64,000 nt of DNA from an uncultured Gammaproteobacteria bacterium (GCA_963741495.1 CAVUID010000018.1:110542-174541), one strand, 5' to 3'; shown: positions 10,180-19,191, counted from the first letter of the stretch. Numbers and translations: made by a program. The notes: generated by a model not told the origin, from the letters alone.

Positions 10180-12536
10180 TATTCCAGTCCTCTGTTGATT
10201 GCCACCCACGCCTGCCCGAGGCTCAGGCCGCCATCGTTGGGCGGTACCTGTCGGGCTTCGAGAACGCGTAATCCTGCTTCTGTCAGCGCATCGCGCAAAT
10301 TCCGGCTGAGGATGGCATTGAGAAAACAGCCGCCACCCAATGCCACGATTTTAATGCCGCTTTGCTGCGCAGCCTGCATCACCCATTTCGTCAGCCCGTG
10401 CGCCAAGGTAGCATGAAACAGCGCCGCGCCGTAGGCAGGGTCGCGAGTGTCAGCCAGTGCGCCGAGCAGGGGAAGAAAATTTAGTGTGCCATCTGTGTTC
10501 AAGGTATAGCCATCGGGCAGCGGCGCAACTGTGCCATGCGTTTCCGCCAGCCCTTCCAGCAGCATGGCCGCCTGGCCTTCGAAGCTGGCCATATTCCTGA
10601 TCCCCAGCAAACCCGCGGCGGCATCGAACAGGCGTCCACAGCTCGACGTGAGTGGCGTATTGACGCCCTTGTCCAGCATCTGGCGTAGCATATCGGCGGC
10701 GGGCAAGGCGAAGCGCTGGCTGATTTCATCGCCCCGGCCCAAGTGCGTGGAGCGCGCTGGCCGCCATGCGCCACGGCTCGCGTGCGGCGCGGTCGCCGCC
10801 CGGCAGTGGCAGGTTTGCCAGATGGCCGAGGCGTTCGCAGCGTCCATTTTCGAGGCGAAGCAGTTCGCCGCCCCAGGCCGAGCCATCGGTGCCCAGACCA
10901 ACGCCATCCAGCGCCAGCCCCAGCGCGGGTTCGTCGCTGCCATGCTCGGCCAGAACGGCGGCGATGTGGGCATGGTGATGCTGTACGGCGATAGCCGGTA
11001 TGCCGCGTTCAGCGGCGAATTCGGTTGCAAAGCGGCTGCTGTGAAAATCCGGATGCAGGTCATGGGCGACGATTTCGGGCCGGATTTCCAGCACGTTCAT
11101 CAGGTGCGCCACCGTTTCTTCCAGCGCCTCGCGGGTCGGAGCGTTGTCGAGATCGCCCAGGTGCTGGGAAATGAATGCTTCGTTGCCGCGCGTCAGGCAT
11201 ATTGTGCTCTTGAACCAGCCGCCGCAGGCCAGCACGGAAGGGCCGGAGCGGGGCAAAAGAATGGCGCGCGGGGTGTAGCCACGGGCGCGGCGGATGAAGT
11301 GGAACGGGGAGTGAAGTGTGAAGTGTGAAGTGTGAAGTGTGGCAGCAGTGGCGTTTCTTACCACCGAGTCGTCGCAGCGCACTACGATATCGCGGTCGTG
11401 CAACACAAAGGCGTCGGCAATGCTGCCCAGCCGCGCCAGCGCTTCGTCGTTGCCAATCACCAGCGGTTCACCGCAGGGGTTGGCGCTGGTCATGACCAGC
11501 AGCAGTTCCTGTGGCTGGTCCAGCCAGGTTGTGCCGGACGGCCTGTTCGCCGCCTCGTGGAATAGCAGGTAATGCAGCGGGGTGTAGGGCAGCATTGCAC
11601 CCAGCCAGGCGATGCCTGGCGCAATGCCGGGTAAAGCTTCATCGCAGCCCGGTTGCTTGCGCAGCAGCACGATGGGGCGCTCGCGTGCTTGCAGCAGGTC
11701 TGTTTCCGCTGCGCTCATGTTCACTATTTTCCCCAGCGACGCCGTATTGGCCGCCATCACTGCAAAGGGCTTTTCCTCGCGCTGCTTGCGCTCGCGCAGT
11801 GTGGCTAACGGCCCCGGCATTGCGCGCATCGCAGACAAGGTGAAAGCCGCCCAGCCCCTTGATGGCGAGGATTTTTCCTGCCTTGAGCATGGCTACGCGT
11901 TGTCGCGATGACATCCGGTGTTTCGATGACCTGCCCGACGGCATCGCGCAGGGAAAGCTGCGGGCCGCACACCGGACAGGCGTTGGGCTCTGCGTGGAAG
12001 CGGCGCGTTTCGGGGTTGCGGTATTCCTGGCTGCATGCCGGACACAGCGGAAAGCTGGCCATGCTGGTGTAAGGGCGGTCGTAGGGCAGGTGGCGGGTGA
12101 TGGTGTAGCGCGGGCCGCAGTCGGTGCAGTTGATGAATGGGTAGCGGTAGCGGCGGTCGGTTGAGTTGAACAGTTCGGTCAGGCAGGCGGGGCAGGTGGC
12201 GGTATCGGGTGCGATGGCGGTGCGGGCAGGGCCGCCTTGACTTTCCTGTATGGAAAAATCCTGAAAAAGGGAGAGCAATATGTTTTCTTTTGCTTCCACC
12301 GACGTAACACGGGCCAAGGGCGGAGCGTCCGATTTCAGGCGGCGGAGCAGGTCGCTGATGGCGTGTTTCTCACCCTGCGCCGTGATTTCCACCCCCTCGC
12401 CATCGTTGCGCACCCAGCCGGCAATGCCGAGTTCCTTTGCTACACGATAAACAAAGGGACGGAAACCAACGCCCTGAACCTGGCCGCGTACGCGAATACT
12501 TGCAGTGACTGGAACAGCGTGGTCGCTACTGTTCAC
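10179..12536 (-). pseudogene. hypF: carbamoyltransferase HypF split over four reading frames (three frameshifts)
   Basis: Frame of ORF 11805..12536: acylphosphatase domain plus 2x CXXC-X18-CXXC zinc fingers. Frame of ORF 11639..11944: VAMLKAGKILAIKGLGGFHLVCDARNAGAV. Frame of ORF 10726..11838: ATLRERKQREEKPFAVM...RARGYTP...AVQHHHAH. Frame of ORF 10179..11063: GRGDEISQRF...LGGGCFLN...VPPNDGGLSLGQ. Junctions lie near 11895-11915, ~11806 and 10731-10742. Confidence 0.8.
11311..11340. repeat. solo tandem heptamer tract (GTGAAGT)x4 inside hypF
   Basis: The plus strand reads gtgaagt gtgaagt gtgaagt gtgaagt gt. It is translated in frame on the minus strand as ...LHTSHFTLHSP... between DDSVVR and RRARGY. 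Confidence 0.9.
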
Positions 12537-12849
12537 TAGCCTTGTACTCGTCCGGCTGCGGCTGGGTCGCTGGCAGCTGGTCTTTTTCTTTTTTTGCCGC
12601 TTCCCGCTCGGCTTGCTTGCGCTCGTTATAGCGCTGAACCAGTGCCCTGGATTCAGCCTGCGCTTTTTCTATGGCTTCGGGGGACGGTTCACCTACCGGC
12701 TTTTCCAGCTTTTTTACCGTTGTCAGGTTGGCTTTCTCGCAGGGCATTTCCTGGTAAATGGTTTTGCCGCCCGTATCCTGGCATCGGTAGACATCAGCCT
12801 GAGCCGTGAAAGCTATGGCCATCAATCCGATCAAGAGCAATGCTTTCAT
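12526..12849 (-). CDS. DUF4124-like secreted protein
   Basis: Signal peptide MKALLLIGLMAIAFTAQA, then a DVYRCQD..GKTIYQEMPC motif and a charged coiled tail. Overlaps the hypF start by 11 nt. Confidence 0.55.
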   Translation of the reverse strand: MKALLLIGLMAIAFTAQADVYRCQDTGGKTIYQEMPCEKANLTTVKKLEKPVGEPSPEAIEKAQAESRALVQRYNERKQAEREAAKKEKDQLPATQPQPDEYKASEQ

Positions 12850-12891
12850 CTCTTCTTCCTCTCCTCTGAACGCTATCAATCCCTGATATTG

Positions 12892-13683
12892 TTACACCCC
12901 ACGCGCGCGCAGCCAACCCAGCCATTCATCCATGCCCTCCCCGCTGGTGGCGGAAGTGAGAAGCACGCGGATGCGGGGGTTGACCCGTTTCGCATATTCG
13001 ATACATTTTTGCACATCGAAGGACAGATGGGGTAACAGATCGATCTTGTTGAGCAGCATCAGGTCGGCGGCGGCAAACATGTCCGGATATTTGAGCGGTT
13101 TGTCCTCGCCTTCGGTGACCGACAGGATCACCACCTTGTGCGCTTCGCCCAGGTCAAAGCTGGCGGGGCATACCAGGTTGCCGACGTTCTCGATGAATAG
13201 CAGGCTGTGGTCATCCGGTTTCAGGTCTTCAAGGGCATGTTCGATCATGTGGGCATCGAGGTGGCAGCCCTTGCCGGTGTTGATCTGCACAGCGGAGACC
13301 CCGGTGGCGCGGATGCGCTCGGCATCGAAGCTGGTCTGCTGGTCGCCTTCGATCACTGCCACCGGCAGTTCGCCCTGCAACAGTTCGATGGTGCGGGTGA
13401 GCAGCGTGGTCTTGCCGGAGCCGGGGCTGGAGACCAGGTTCAGGGCAAAAATGCCATGCGCGGCGAAATGCTGGCGGTTGTGCTGTGCATAGGCGTTGTT
13501 CTTGGACAGGATGTCCAGCTCGACCTGGACCCGGCGCGAGGTTTCGCCGTGAGCGTGGTCATGCTCATGGCTGTGTTCATGGTTGGGATGGCGGAAGCGC
13601 AGCTCGCCCTGATCGTGGCCGTGCGTATGGGCCTTGCCGCCGATTTTCAGTTCGCCGCTACCGCAGCCGCAGGTTGTACACAT
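12892..13683 (-). CDS. hypB: hydrogenase nickel-incorporation GTPase HypB
   Basis: Canonical MCTTCGCG N-terminus at ATG 13683, a His-rich stretch (HTHGHD...[11 protein letters not shown]), P-loop [11 protein letters not shown] and NKIDL. Confidence 0.92.
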   Translation of the reverse strand: MCTTCGCGSGELKIGGKAHTHGHDQGELRFRHPNHEHSHEHDHAHGETSRRVQVELDILSKNNAYAQHNRQHFAAHGIFALNLVSSPGSGKTTLLTRTIELLQGELPVAVIEGDQQTSFDAERIRATGVSAVQINTGKGCHLDAHMIEHALEDLKPDDHSLLFIENVGNLVCPASFDLGEAHKVVILSVTEGEDKPLKYPDMFAAADLMLLNKIDLLPHLSFDVQKCIEYAKRVNPRIRVLLTSATSGEGMDEWLGWLRARGV

Positions 13684-13710
13684 TAAGTTCTCCATTTCCA
13701 GGAAAGGCCA

Positions 13711-13813
13711 GAACAAGTGTGCATGGTCTTTGCGAGCGCAGCGAAGCAATCTTGTATTTCAACGAGTTGCGAGATTGCTTCGTCATTGCATTCCTCGCAA
13801 TGACCACTTGTTC
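13711..13813. repeat. palindromic intergenic element (GTCATTGCGAG...GCGAAGCAATCT type), copy 1
   Basis: Outer inverted repeat gaacaagtg/cacttgttc. Inner arms ggtctttgcgagcgcagcgaagcaatct / agattgcttcgtc...ctcgcaatgacc. A second copy lies at 29641-29717. Confidence 0.8.
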
Positions 13814-13827
13814 AGGGGTTTCTGGGT

Positions 13828-14166
13828 TTACTCCATTTCCAGTTCCTTGACCCGCATTTCCGTGCCGCCGGTGACTTCCACCGGCATGTCGCACTCGGGA
13901 CAAAGATCATAACGCTCGATCAGTTGAATCGAGCTTCCGCAGCTGAGACAGCGCCCCGTGCCCGGGGTTTCAATGATTTCCAGCCGGGCGCCATCTGCGA
14001 TGCTGCCGCGCGTCACGGCGTCGAAGCAAAAGCGCATGGCTTCCACTTCGACGCCCGCGAGCTGGCCGATTTCCAGCCATACGGCGTGGACTTTCGCGCT
14101 GCCATGTTGCGCTGCGCTGTTTTCGATAATCTCCAGCACGCTCTCGGCGAGCGACATTTCATGCAT
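13828..14166 (-). CDS. hypA: hydrogenase nickel insertion protein HypA
   Basis: MHEMSLAESVLEII N-terminus and a CXXC...CPXC zinc site (CLSCG...CPEC). 112 aa. Confidence 0.92.
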   Translation of the reverse strand: MHEMSLAESVLEIIENSAAQHGSAKVHAVWLEIGQLAGVEVEAMRFCFDAVTRGSIADGARLEIIETPGTGRCLSCGSSIQLIERYDLCPECDMPVEVTGGTEMRVKELEME

Positions 14167-14984
14167 CAGGCGTCAGCAGGCAAGGGCGTGCGGCGAGACA
14201 TTCGTCGCGCAAGCAGGAAGCTGCCCGCCACCACGGCAATGACGAAAACCCCCATCATCATTTCCCGTCCTTCGCTCCACGCATCGACCGCGGGCGAGAA
14301 ATACTTTGCGGCGCCGAAGGCCGCCACCAGCAGGCTCAGGGATGCGATCGACAGGCTCATGATGCGCGAAGCCAGGCAGGCCATCTGATTGCTGCGCCGG
14401 ATGAGGCGGGAAATCCACAGGCCGTTGAGGCCGTCGGTCAGCATCATGCCGAGCATGAAGGTTGCGCCCATCAACAGGGAATATTTCCATCCACCCAGGG
14501 CGGCGGCAGTGACGGAAAACAGGGCGGCCTGACTCATGGTATCGAAAGACAGGGCAAACAGGGCGCCGACCAGCGCGACCAGCGCGGGGTGGCTGGCATG
14601 CTGGAGACGCCCGAACAGACGGCCCTTCAGCCCGATGGGCCGGACCACCTGGTCAGGCGCGGCTTTCAGTACAGCGAACAGGTTCATCGCGCCCAGCAGA
14701 GTCAGAAATATGATCGAGATCCAGGCGCCGGCATCCTCCAGCCAGGGCGGGGCTTTCCATTCCTGCGCCAGTACCCCGACGCTGATGGCCACCGCCATGA
14801 CGATGACGCCATGGCCCAGCGAAAACAGGAAACCGCACCAGCGGGAAACGCGCCGCTCGGCGGCGGCGTTGAAGCGGGTCAGGCCGTCGATGGTGGCGAG
14901 ATGGTCCGGGTCGAAGCCGTGCCGCATGCCGAGTGCGAAAACCAGTGCCAGCAGCGCGGAGAAATTGGCGGGGAGATGTTCCAT
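14166..14984 (-). CDS. NiCoT-family nickel/cobalt transporter (HoxN/NixA-like)
   Basis: Four NiCoT signature regions: RHGFDPDHLATIDGLTR, FSLGHG, LSFDTMSQ, GMMLTDGLNG. Multi-TM. Adjacent to hypA. Confidence 0.8.
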   Translation of the reverse strand: MEHLPANFSALLALVFALGMRHGFDPDHLATIDGLTRFNAAAERRVSRWCGFLFSLGHGVIVMAVAISVGVLAQEWKAPPWLEDAGAWISIIFLTLLGAMNLFAVLKAAPDQVVRPIGLKGRLFGRLQHASHPALVALVGALFALSFDTMSQAALFSVTAAALGGWKYSLLMGATFMLGMMLTDGLNGLWISRLIRRSNQMACLASRIMSLSIASLSLLVAAFGAAKYFSPAVDAWSEGREMMMGVFVIAVVAGSFLLARRMSRRTPLPADA

Positions 14985-15100
14985 GAATTTATTATCCCAG
15001 AAAAATCAGTTAACCACAGGGCGGCTCACGGGGCTGAGCACATTATGTTGCCTGCCGCGTTTTATGCGGCAGGTCCGCGTTGTCGGATGGGCTGGGCCTC

Positions 15101-15367
15101 TCATTCATAGTGCGTCCACATACGCAAGACGCGAACCGTTTTCTCTTTGGAAAAGACTTCATACACGATGCGGTGTTGAATATTGATGCGCCGGGAGTAT
15201 GCGCCAGCAAGATCACCAACTAACTTTTCGAAAGGCGGTGGATTTTGGAATGGGTCGCTGGCAAGAACCGCGAGCAATTCTTGCACCTTTGATTTTAGGC
15301 CACTTGCAGCAAGCTTCTTTGCATCCTTCATTGCTTGCTTGGCATAAACAACTGCCCACCTCACCAC
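15101..15367 (-). CDS. yoeB: YoeB/Txe-family type II toxin
   Basis: 88 aa: ...PFQNPPPFEKLVGDLAGAYSRRINIQHRIVYEV....VRVLRMWTHYE. This is the YoeB C-terminal catalytic pattern. Confidence 0.85.
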   Translation of the reverse strand: MVRWAVVYAKQAMKDAKKLAASGLKSKVQELLAVLASDPFQNPPPFEKLVGDLAGAYSRRINIQHRIVYEVFSKEKTVRVLRMWTHYE

Positions 15368-15603
15368 TTAAGCTCCTTCGAGCTTTTTGCGAGGGGTTCG
15401 GCCATACCAGCCTTGATGGACTCGCGCATGCCAGGCACGGCCAATAGGTACAGGGTTTCTTGAATTGCGCTCCAATCTTCCGCGGAGAGCAGAACGGCGC
15501 TGCTGCGCTTGCCGGAAATTATGATCGGCTCGTGTGACTCCACTGTTTGGTCAATGAGCCGGTACAGATTGGCACGAGCTTCGCTGGCGGTAAGTGTGTT
15601 CAT
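15361..15603 (-). CDS. yefM: Phd/YefM-family antitoxin
   Basis: MNTLTASEARANLYRLIDQTVESHEPIIISGKRSSAVLLSAEDW. AAGGAG lies 7 nt upstream of ATG 15603. Overlaps the toxin gene by 7 nt. Confidence 0.85.
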   Translation of the reverse strand: MNTLTASEARANLYRLIDQTVESHEPIIISGKRSSAVLLSAEDWSAIQETLYLLAVPGMRESIKAGMAEPLAKSSKELKW

Positions 15604-15630
15604 TTTGTGCTCCTTCAAAGAAGCCTAAAT

Positions 15631-15656
15631 GGTACGCCATTACGTACGTCTGTCAA
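15631..15656 (-). promoter_or_regulatory. candidate yefM-yoeB promoter/operator
   Basis: The minus strand reads TTGACA-gaCGTACGtaatggCGTACCat. A -35-like hexamer is followed by two CGTAC repeats 6 nt apart. GTAC-core repeats are the known YefM-YoeB operator type. Confidence 0.4.
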
Positions 15657-15847
15657 GCGACTATGCGATCGCTTCAAGAGGCCCAACGTCGTAGCTCAGG
15701 GACAGGACAAAAGCGCAGCTTTTGGCCTGTCCCACTGGAGCGCCCAGTTAGGTGAAACCTTTTATTGCCCAACTCGCAAACAAGGCGTTAATGAATTTGA
15801 ACGGCTCGCCTATCGGGTATGCCGCTCAAGCGGCCATATTCCTTTGC

Positions 15848-15890
15848 GTCCTTCACGTGTGTTGTTCCGCTTTAGCAGAATACAACCACG
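15848..15890 (-). repeat. 43-nt conserved motif, copy A (next to yefM-yoeB)
   Basis: The minus strand reads cgtggttgtattctgctaaagcggaacaacacacgtgaaggac. It matches 26002-26044 (plus strand) at 36/43 positions. Confidence 0.8.
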
Positions 15891-15934
15891 GGGTAGACCC
15901 TTGCGATCTTTGCGGTTAACTGCTTTTTCAGGGT

Positions 15935-17704
15935 TTATATTACCTTGACCTGCACCAGTTCTTCACCTGTCGGGTCGACCACGTGCACGGCGCAGGCGAT
16001 GCACGGGTCGAAGCTGTGGATGGTGCGCAGGATTTCGATCGGCTGTTTCGGGTCGTGCAGCTTGTGTCCCTTGAGCGCGGCCTCGTAGGGGCCGTCCTGC
16101 CCCGCCGTGTCGCGCGGTCCGGCATTCCAGGTCGATGGCACCACCGCCTGATAGTTGTCGATGATCTGGTCCTTGATGACGATCCAGTGCGCCAGCGCGC
16201 CGCGCGGCGCTTCGGTGTAGCCCACGCCCTTGGCCAGTTTCGGCCAGGAGGATGGCTCCCACAGGGTTTCGTTGAAGGTGCGCACGTCACCTGCCTTGAT
16301 GTTGGCCAGCAGCTGGTCGTACCAGCCCTGCATGGCATCGACGATGATCTTGGTTTCCAGCGTGCGCGCAGCGGTGCGGCCGAGGGTGGAATACAGGGCG
16401 CTGACCGGCAGGTCGAGTTTTTTCAGCGTCATGCCGACCAGTTCGCGGGTCTGTTCGTGGCCCCTGGCATGCAGCATCAGCACCCGCGCCAGCGGGCCGA
16501 CCTCGACCGCCTTGCCGCGCCAGCGCGGCGATTTCATCCAGGAATAGGAAGCGTCGGTATCCAGGTGCTGGTAGGGCGGCTTCGGCCCGGTGTAGTTGAG
16601 CCTGGTTTCGCCCTGGTAGGGATGCAGGCCTTTTTCCTTGCCGCCGCTGTAGTCGTACCATGAATGGGCGACGTATTCCTGGATCTGGTCTTCGGCATTG
16701 AGGTCCACCGGGTGAATCTTGCTCAGGTCGCGGTCGAGGATGACCCCGGACGGAATCAGGAAGCTGGCCGGGTCGTCCATGCCTTTTTCCGGGAAGTCGC
16801 CATAGGTCATGAAGTTGCCGATGCCCTCACCCTGAGTGAACCATTCCTTGTAGAAACCGGCGATGGCCAGCGTATCCGGCACATACACCTGATCGACGAA
16901 GTCGCGCATCTGGGCGATGAGATTCTTGACCTTTTCCAGCCCCACCATGTTGAGCGCGGTGGCGCCCGCCCCGCCGCGATAGTGCGGGCCCTTGCCGCGG
17001 CCTTTATGGCCCGGATGGACGCTGATGGCGCACGGCACGCCGCCCACCACGAAATTGGGGTGGGGGTTCTTGCCGCCGAAAATGGTATGCAGTTGCGCCA
17101 CGTCGCGCTGCCAGACCAGCGCTTCGAAATAATGCGCGACCGCCATCAGGTTGGCTTCCGGCGGCAGCTTGTAGGCCGGGTGGCCCCAGTAGCCGTTGCT
17201 GAAAATGCCGAGCTGGCCGGATTCGACGAAGGTTTTGAGCTTCTTCTGCGTGTCGGCGAAATAGCCGGGCGAGGATTTGGCATAGCTCGACAGGCTTTGC
17301 GCCAGCTCGGAAGTCCGTTTCGGATCGGCCTGGAGCGCCGAAACCACGTCCACCCAGTCGAGCGCGTGCAGGTGGTAGAAGTGCATCACATGGTCGTGGA
17401 CATACTGGGCCGCGATCATCAGGTTGCGGATCAGCTGGGCGTTGGGCGGAATCCTGTAATCGAGCGCATTTTCCACCGCGCGCACCGAGGCGATGCCATG
17501 CACCAGCGTGCACACGCCGCAGATGCGCTGTGCGAAGGCCCATGCATCGCGCGGGTCGCGGCCCCGGAGGATGATCTCGATGCCGCGCACCATGGTGCCG
17601 GCGCTGGAGGCGCGGGTGATTTCGCCCTGATCGTTGGTTTCCGCCTCGATGCGCAGGTGGCCCTCGATGCGGGTGATGGGGTCGACGACGATACGCTGGC
17701 TCAT
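15935..17704 (-). CDS. hynL: [NiFe] hydrogenase large subunit (group 1, Isp-type)
   Basis: 589 aa: ITRIEGH...RICGVCTLVHG near the N-terminus and DPCIACAVH near the C-terminus. ATGA overlap with isp2. Confidence 0.95.
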   Translation of the reverse strand: MSQRIVVDPITRIEGHLRIEAETNDQGEITRASSAGTMVRGIEIILRGRDPRDAWAFAQRICGVCTLVHGIASVRAVENALDYRIPPNAQLIRNLMIAAQYVHDHVMHFYHLHALDWVDVVSALQADPKRTSELAQSLSSYAKSSPGYFADTQKKLKTFVESGQLGIFSNGYWGHPAYKLPPEANLMAVAHYFEALVWQRDVAQLHTIFGGKNPHPNFVVGGVPCAISVHPGHKGRGKGPHYRGGAGATALNMVGLEKVKNLIAQMRDFVDQVYVPDTLAIAGFYKEWFTQGEGIGNFMTYGDFPEKGMDDPASFLIPSGVILDRDLSKIHPVDLNAEDQIQEYVAHSWYDYSGGKEKGLHPYQGETRLNYTGPKPPYQHLDTDASYSWMKSPRWRGKAVEVGPLARVLMLHARGHEQTRELVGMTLKKLDLPVSALYSTLGRTAARTLETKIIVDAMQGWYDQLLANIKAGDVRTFNETLWEPSSWPKLAKGVGYTEAPRGALAHWIVIKDQIIDNYQAVVPSTWNAGPRDTAGQDGPYEAALKGHKLHDPKQPIEILRTIHSFDPCIACAVHVVDPTGEELVQVKVI

Positions 17705-18970
17705 GATGCGTCTTCCTGTTTGAGATGTTCGGCCACCAGTTCGGTGATGCCGATCATTTTAGTGTCCATTTTGTAGTGCTCCAGGCCTTCCTCGAGCACA
17801 TTGCGGCAGTTGGCGCAGGCGGTGACCATGGTGCCCGCACCCGTGCCCTCGATCTGGCGCTTCTTGATCCTGAACACCTTGAAGCGCAGTTCCTCGGCAC
17901 CGGTGATCGCGGAGACGCCGCCCCCGCCGCCGCAGCACCAGTTGTACATGCCCGGGTCTTCCATTTCGCGGAAATCGCTGGCAACCATGTTGACCAGGTT
18001 GCGCGGCTCGGCCACGATGCCGCCGCGCCGCACGATCTGGCAGGGGTCGTGCAGGGTGAGCGCCTCATCGGTCTTGCCATCGGTTTTGAGCCGGCCATCC
18101 TTGCGCAACTGGTCGAGCAGTTCCAGTACATGCACCACTTCAAACTTGTATGGCCGGCCGATGAGATTCGGCCCCTCCCAGCGCAGGGCGGAGAAGGCGT
18201 GGCCGCATTCCGGGCTGATGACGTACTTCACGCCGAGTTTTTCCGCCGCATCGACCACGCGCGAGACGATTTGCCGGGCGATGTCGGAAACGCCGATCTG
18301 GATGCCGCTGTTGGTCGCCTCGAAGGCCTCGCTGGAGACCGTCCAGCTGATGCCTGCCTGCTTGAAGATGCGCGCCAGCGAGCCGAGATATTCCGGGTAG
18401 CCGAGGATTTCCATGGAGGACATGATCACCAGGTAATCCGTCGCCGGCCTTGTCCACCGGAATCTCGAGACCGGTTTCCTCTTCCTGCCCGTGCACCTGG
18501 GCCATGAACGCCTTGAGCTTGATGCCCATCGGGCTGCCCAGTTCAATGGTTCTGCGCGAGGCCTCGACCAGCCCTGCCGGCGCGTGCCCGGCCGCCGCCA
18601 TGCCTTCGCGCATCTTGCGGATCATGTAGGTGATGTCGTTACCCACCGGGCACACCAGGGTGCAGCGGCCGCACAGGGTGCAGCTGTCGTACACCAGCGG
18701 GCTCCATTCCTCCAGCTCCGCGTCGCTGATGGTTTCGCCCAGTCCGACCAGCGAGGCCAGCTTGCCGAGCAGAGTGTATTCGCGCTTCCACAGCTTGCGC
18801 AGGGGTTCCAGCTTGTGGATCGGGGTGTATTTCGGATCGCCGGTCTCGGTGTGGAACAGGCAGGCATCGGCGCACAGGCCGCAATGCACGCAGCTGTTGA
18901 AGAAGCTGGCGATGGGCGCATCCATCACCTCGCGAAAGGCGTTAAGGCCGCGTTCCAGAGATGCACTCAT
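17701..18970 (-). pseudogene. isp2: isp2 (HdrD-like Fe-S protein of Isp hydrogenases) with one frameshift
   Basis: The N-terminal part has 2x CXXCXXC ferredoxin motifs (CVHCGLCADAC, CTLCGRCTLVCP) up to ...EIPVDKAG, in the frame of ORF 18140..18970. The remainder (ATDYLVIMSSMEILGYPEY...CCGGGGG...CANCRN, CCG domains) is in the frame of ORF 17701..18546. The junction is at 18441-18450. Confidence 0.75.
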
Positions 18971-19191
18971 AATGTTGCCTCCGAACTGTAGGGGGCATGC
19001 TCAATGCAGGGGTGTCGGCAGCCGAGATTACTCGCGGCCAGTCGCACCCATGCTTTGCACGGGCCCTGCTCCTTGCTCATAACGCTGCCTCCGTAAAGTA
19101 CGTGACAGGTTTTGATGCCTGAGTGTCGGCAGCCGAGATTATTCGCAGCCAGTCGCACCCATGCTACGCACGGGCCCTGCTCCTTGCTCAT
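18967..19191 (-). CDS. 74-codon ORF made of two tandem 37-codon repeats, unknown function
   Basis: MSKEQGPCVAWVRLAANNLGCRH... / MSKEQGPCKAWVRLAASNLGCRH.... The repeat period is 111 nt. ATGA overlaps with the isp1 stop (19188-19191) and the isp2 start (18967-18970). Coding status is unproven. Confidence 0.35.
   Translation of the reverse strand: MSKEQGPCVAWVRLAANNLGCRHSGIKTCHVLYGGSVMSKEQGPCKAWVRLAASNLGCRHPCIEHAPYSSEATL

Larger units (their letters stand above)
14996..15933. mobile_element. 938-bp segment bounded by a 23-bp imperfect inverted repeat, carrying yefM-yoeB
   Basis: Left end 14996-15018 is cccaGAAAAAtCAGTTAACCaCA. Right end 15911-15933 is TGcGGTTAACTGcTTTTTCaggg. The reverse complement of the right end matches the left at 20/23 positions. 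The segment fills the hynL-stop to transporter-start spacer almost completely. Confidence 0.45.

Noticed and set aside
15685-15740. tRNA-like string GTAGCTCAGG suggesting a tRNA gene or tRNA-fragment attachment site
   Set aside because: There is no acceptor stem, anticodon arm or GTTCGA T-loop in register. The region instead forms a simple 16-bp-stem hairpin (15699-15733).
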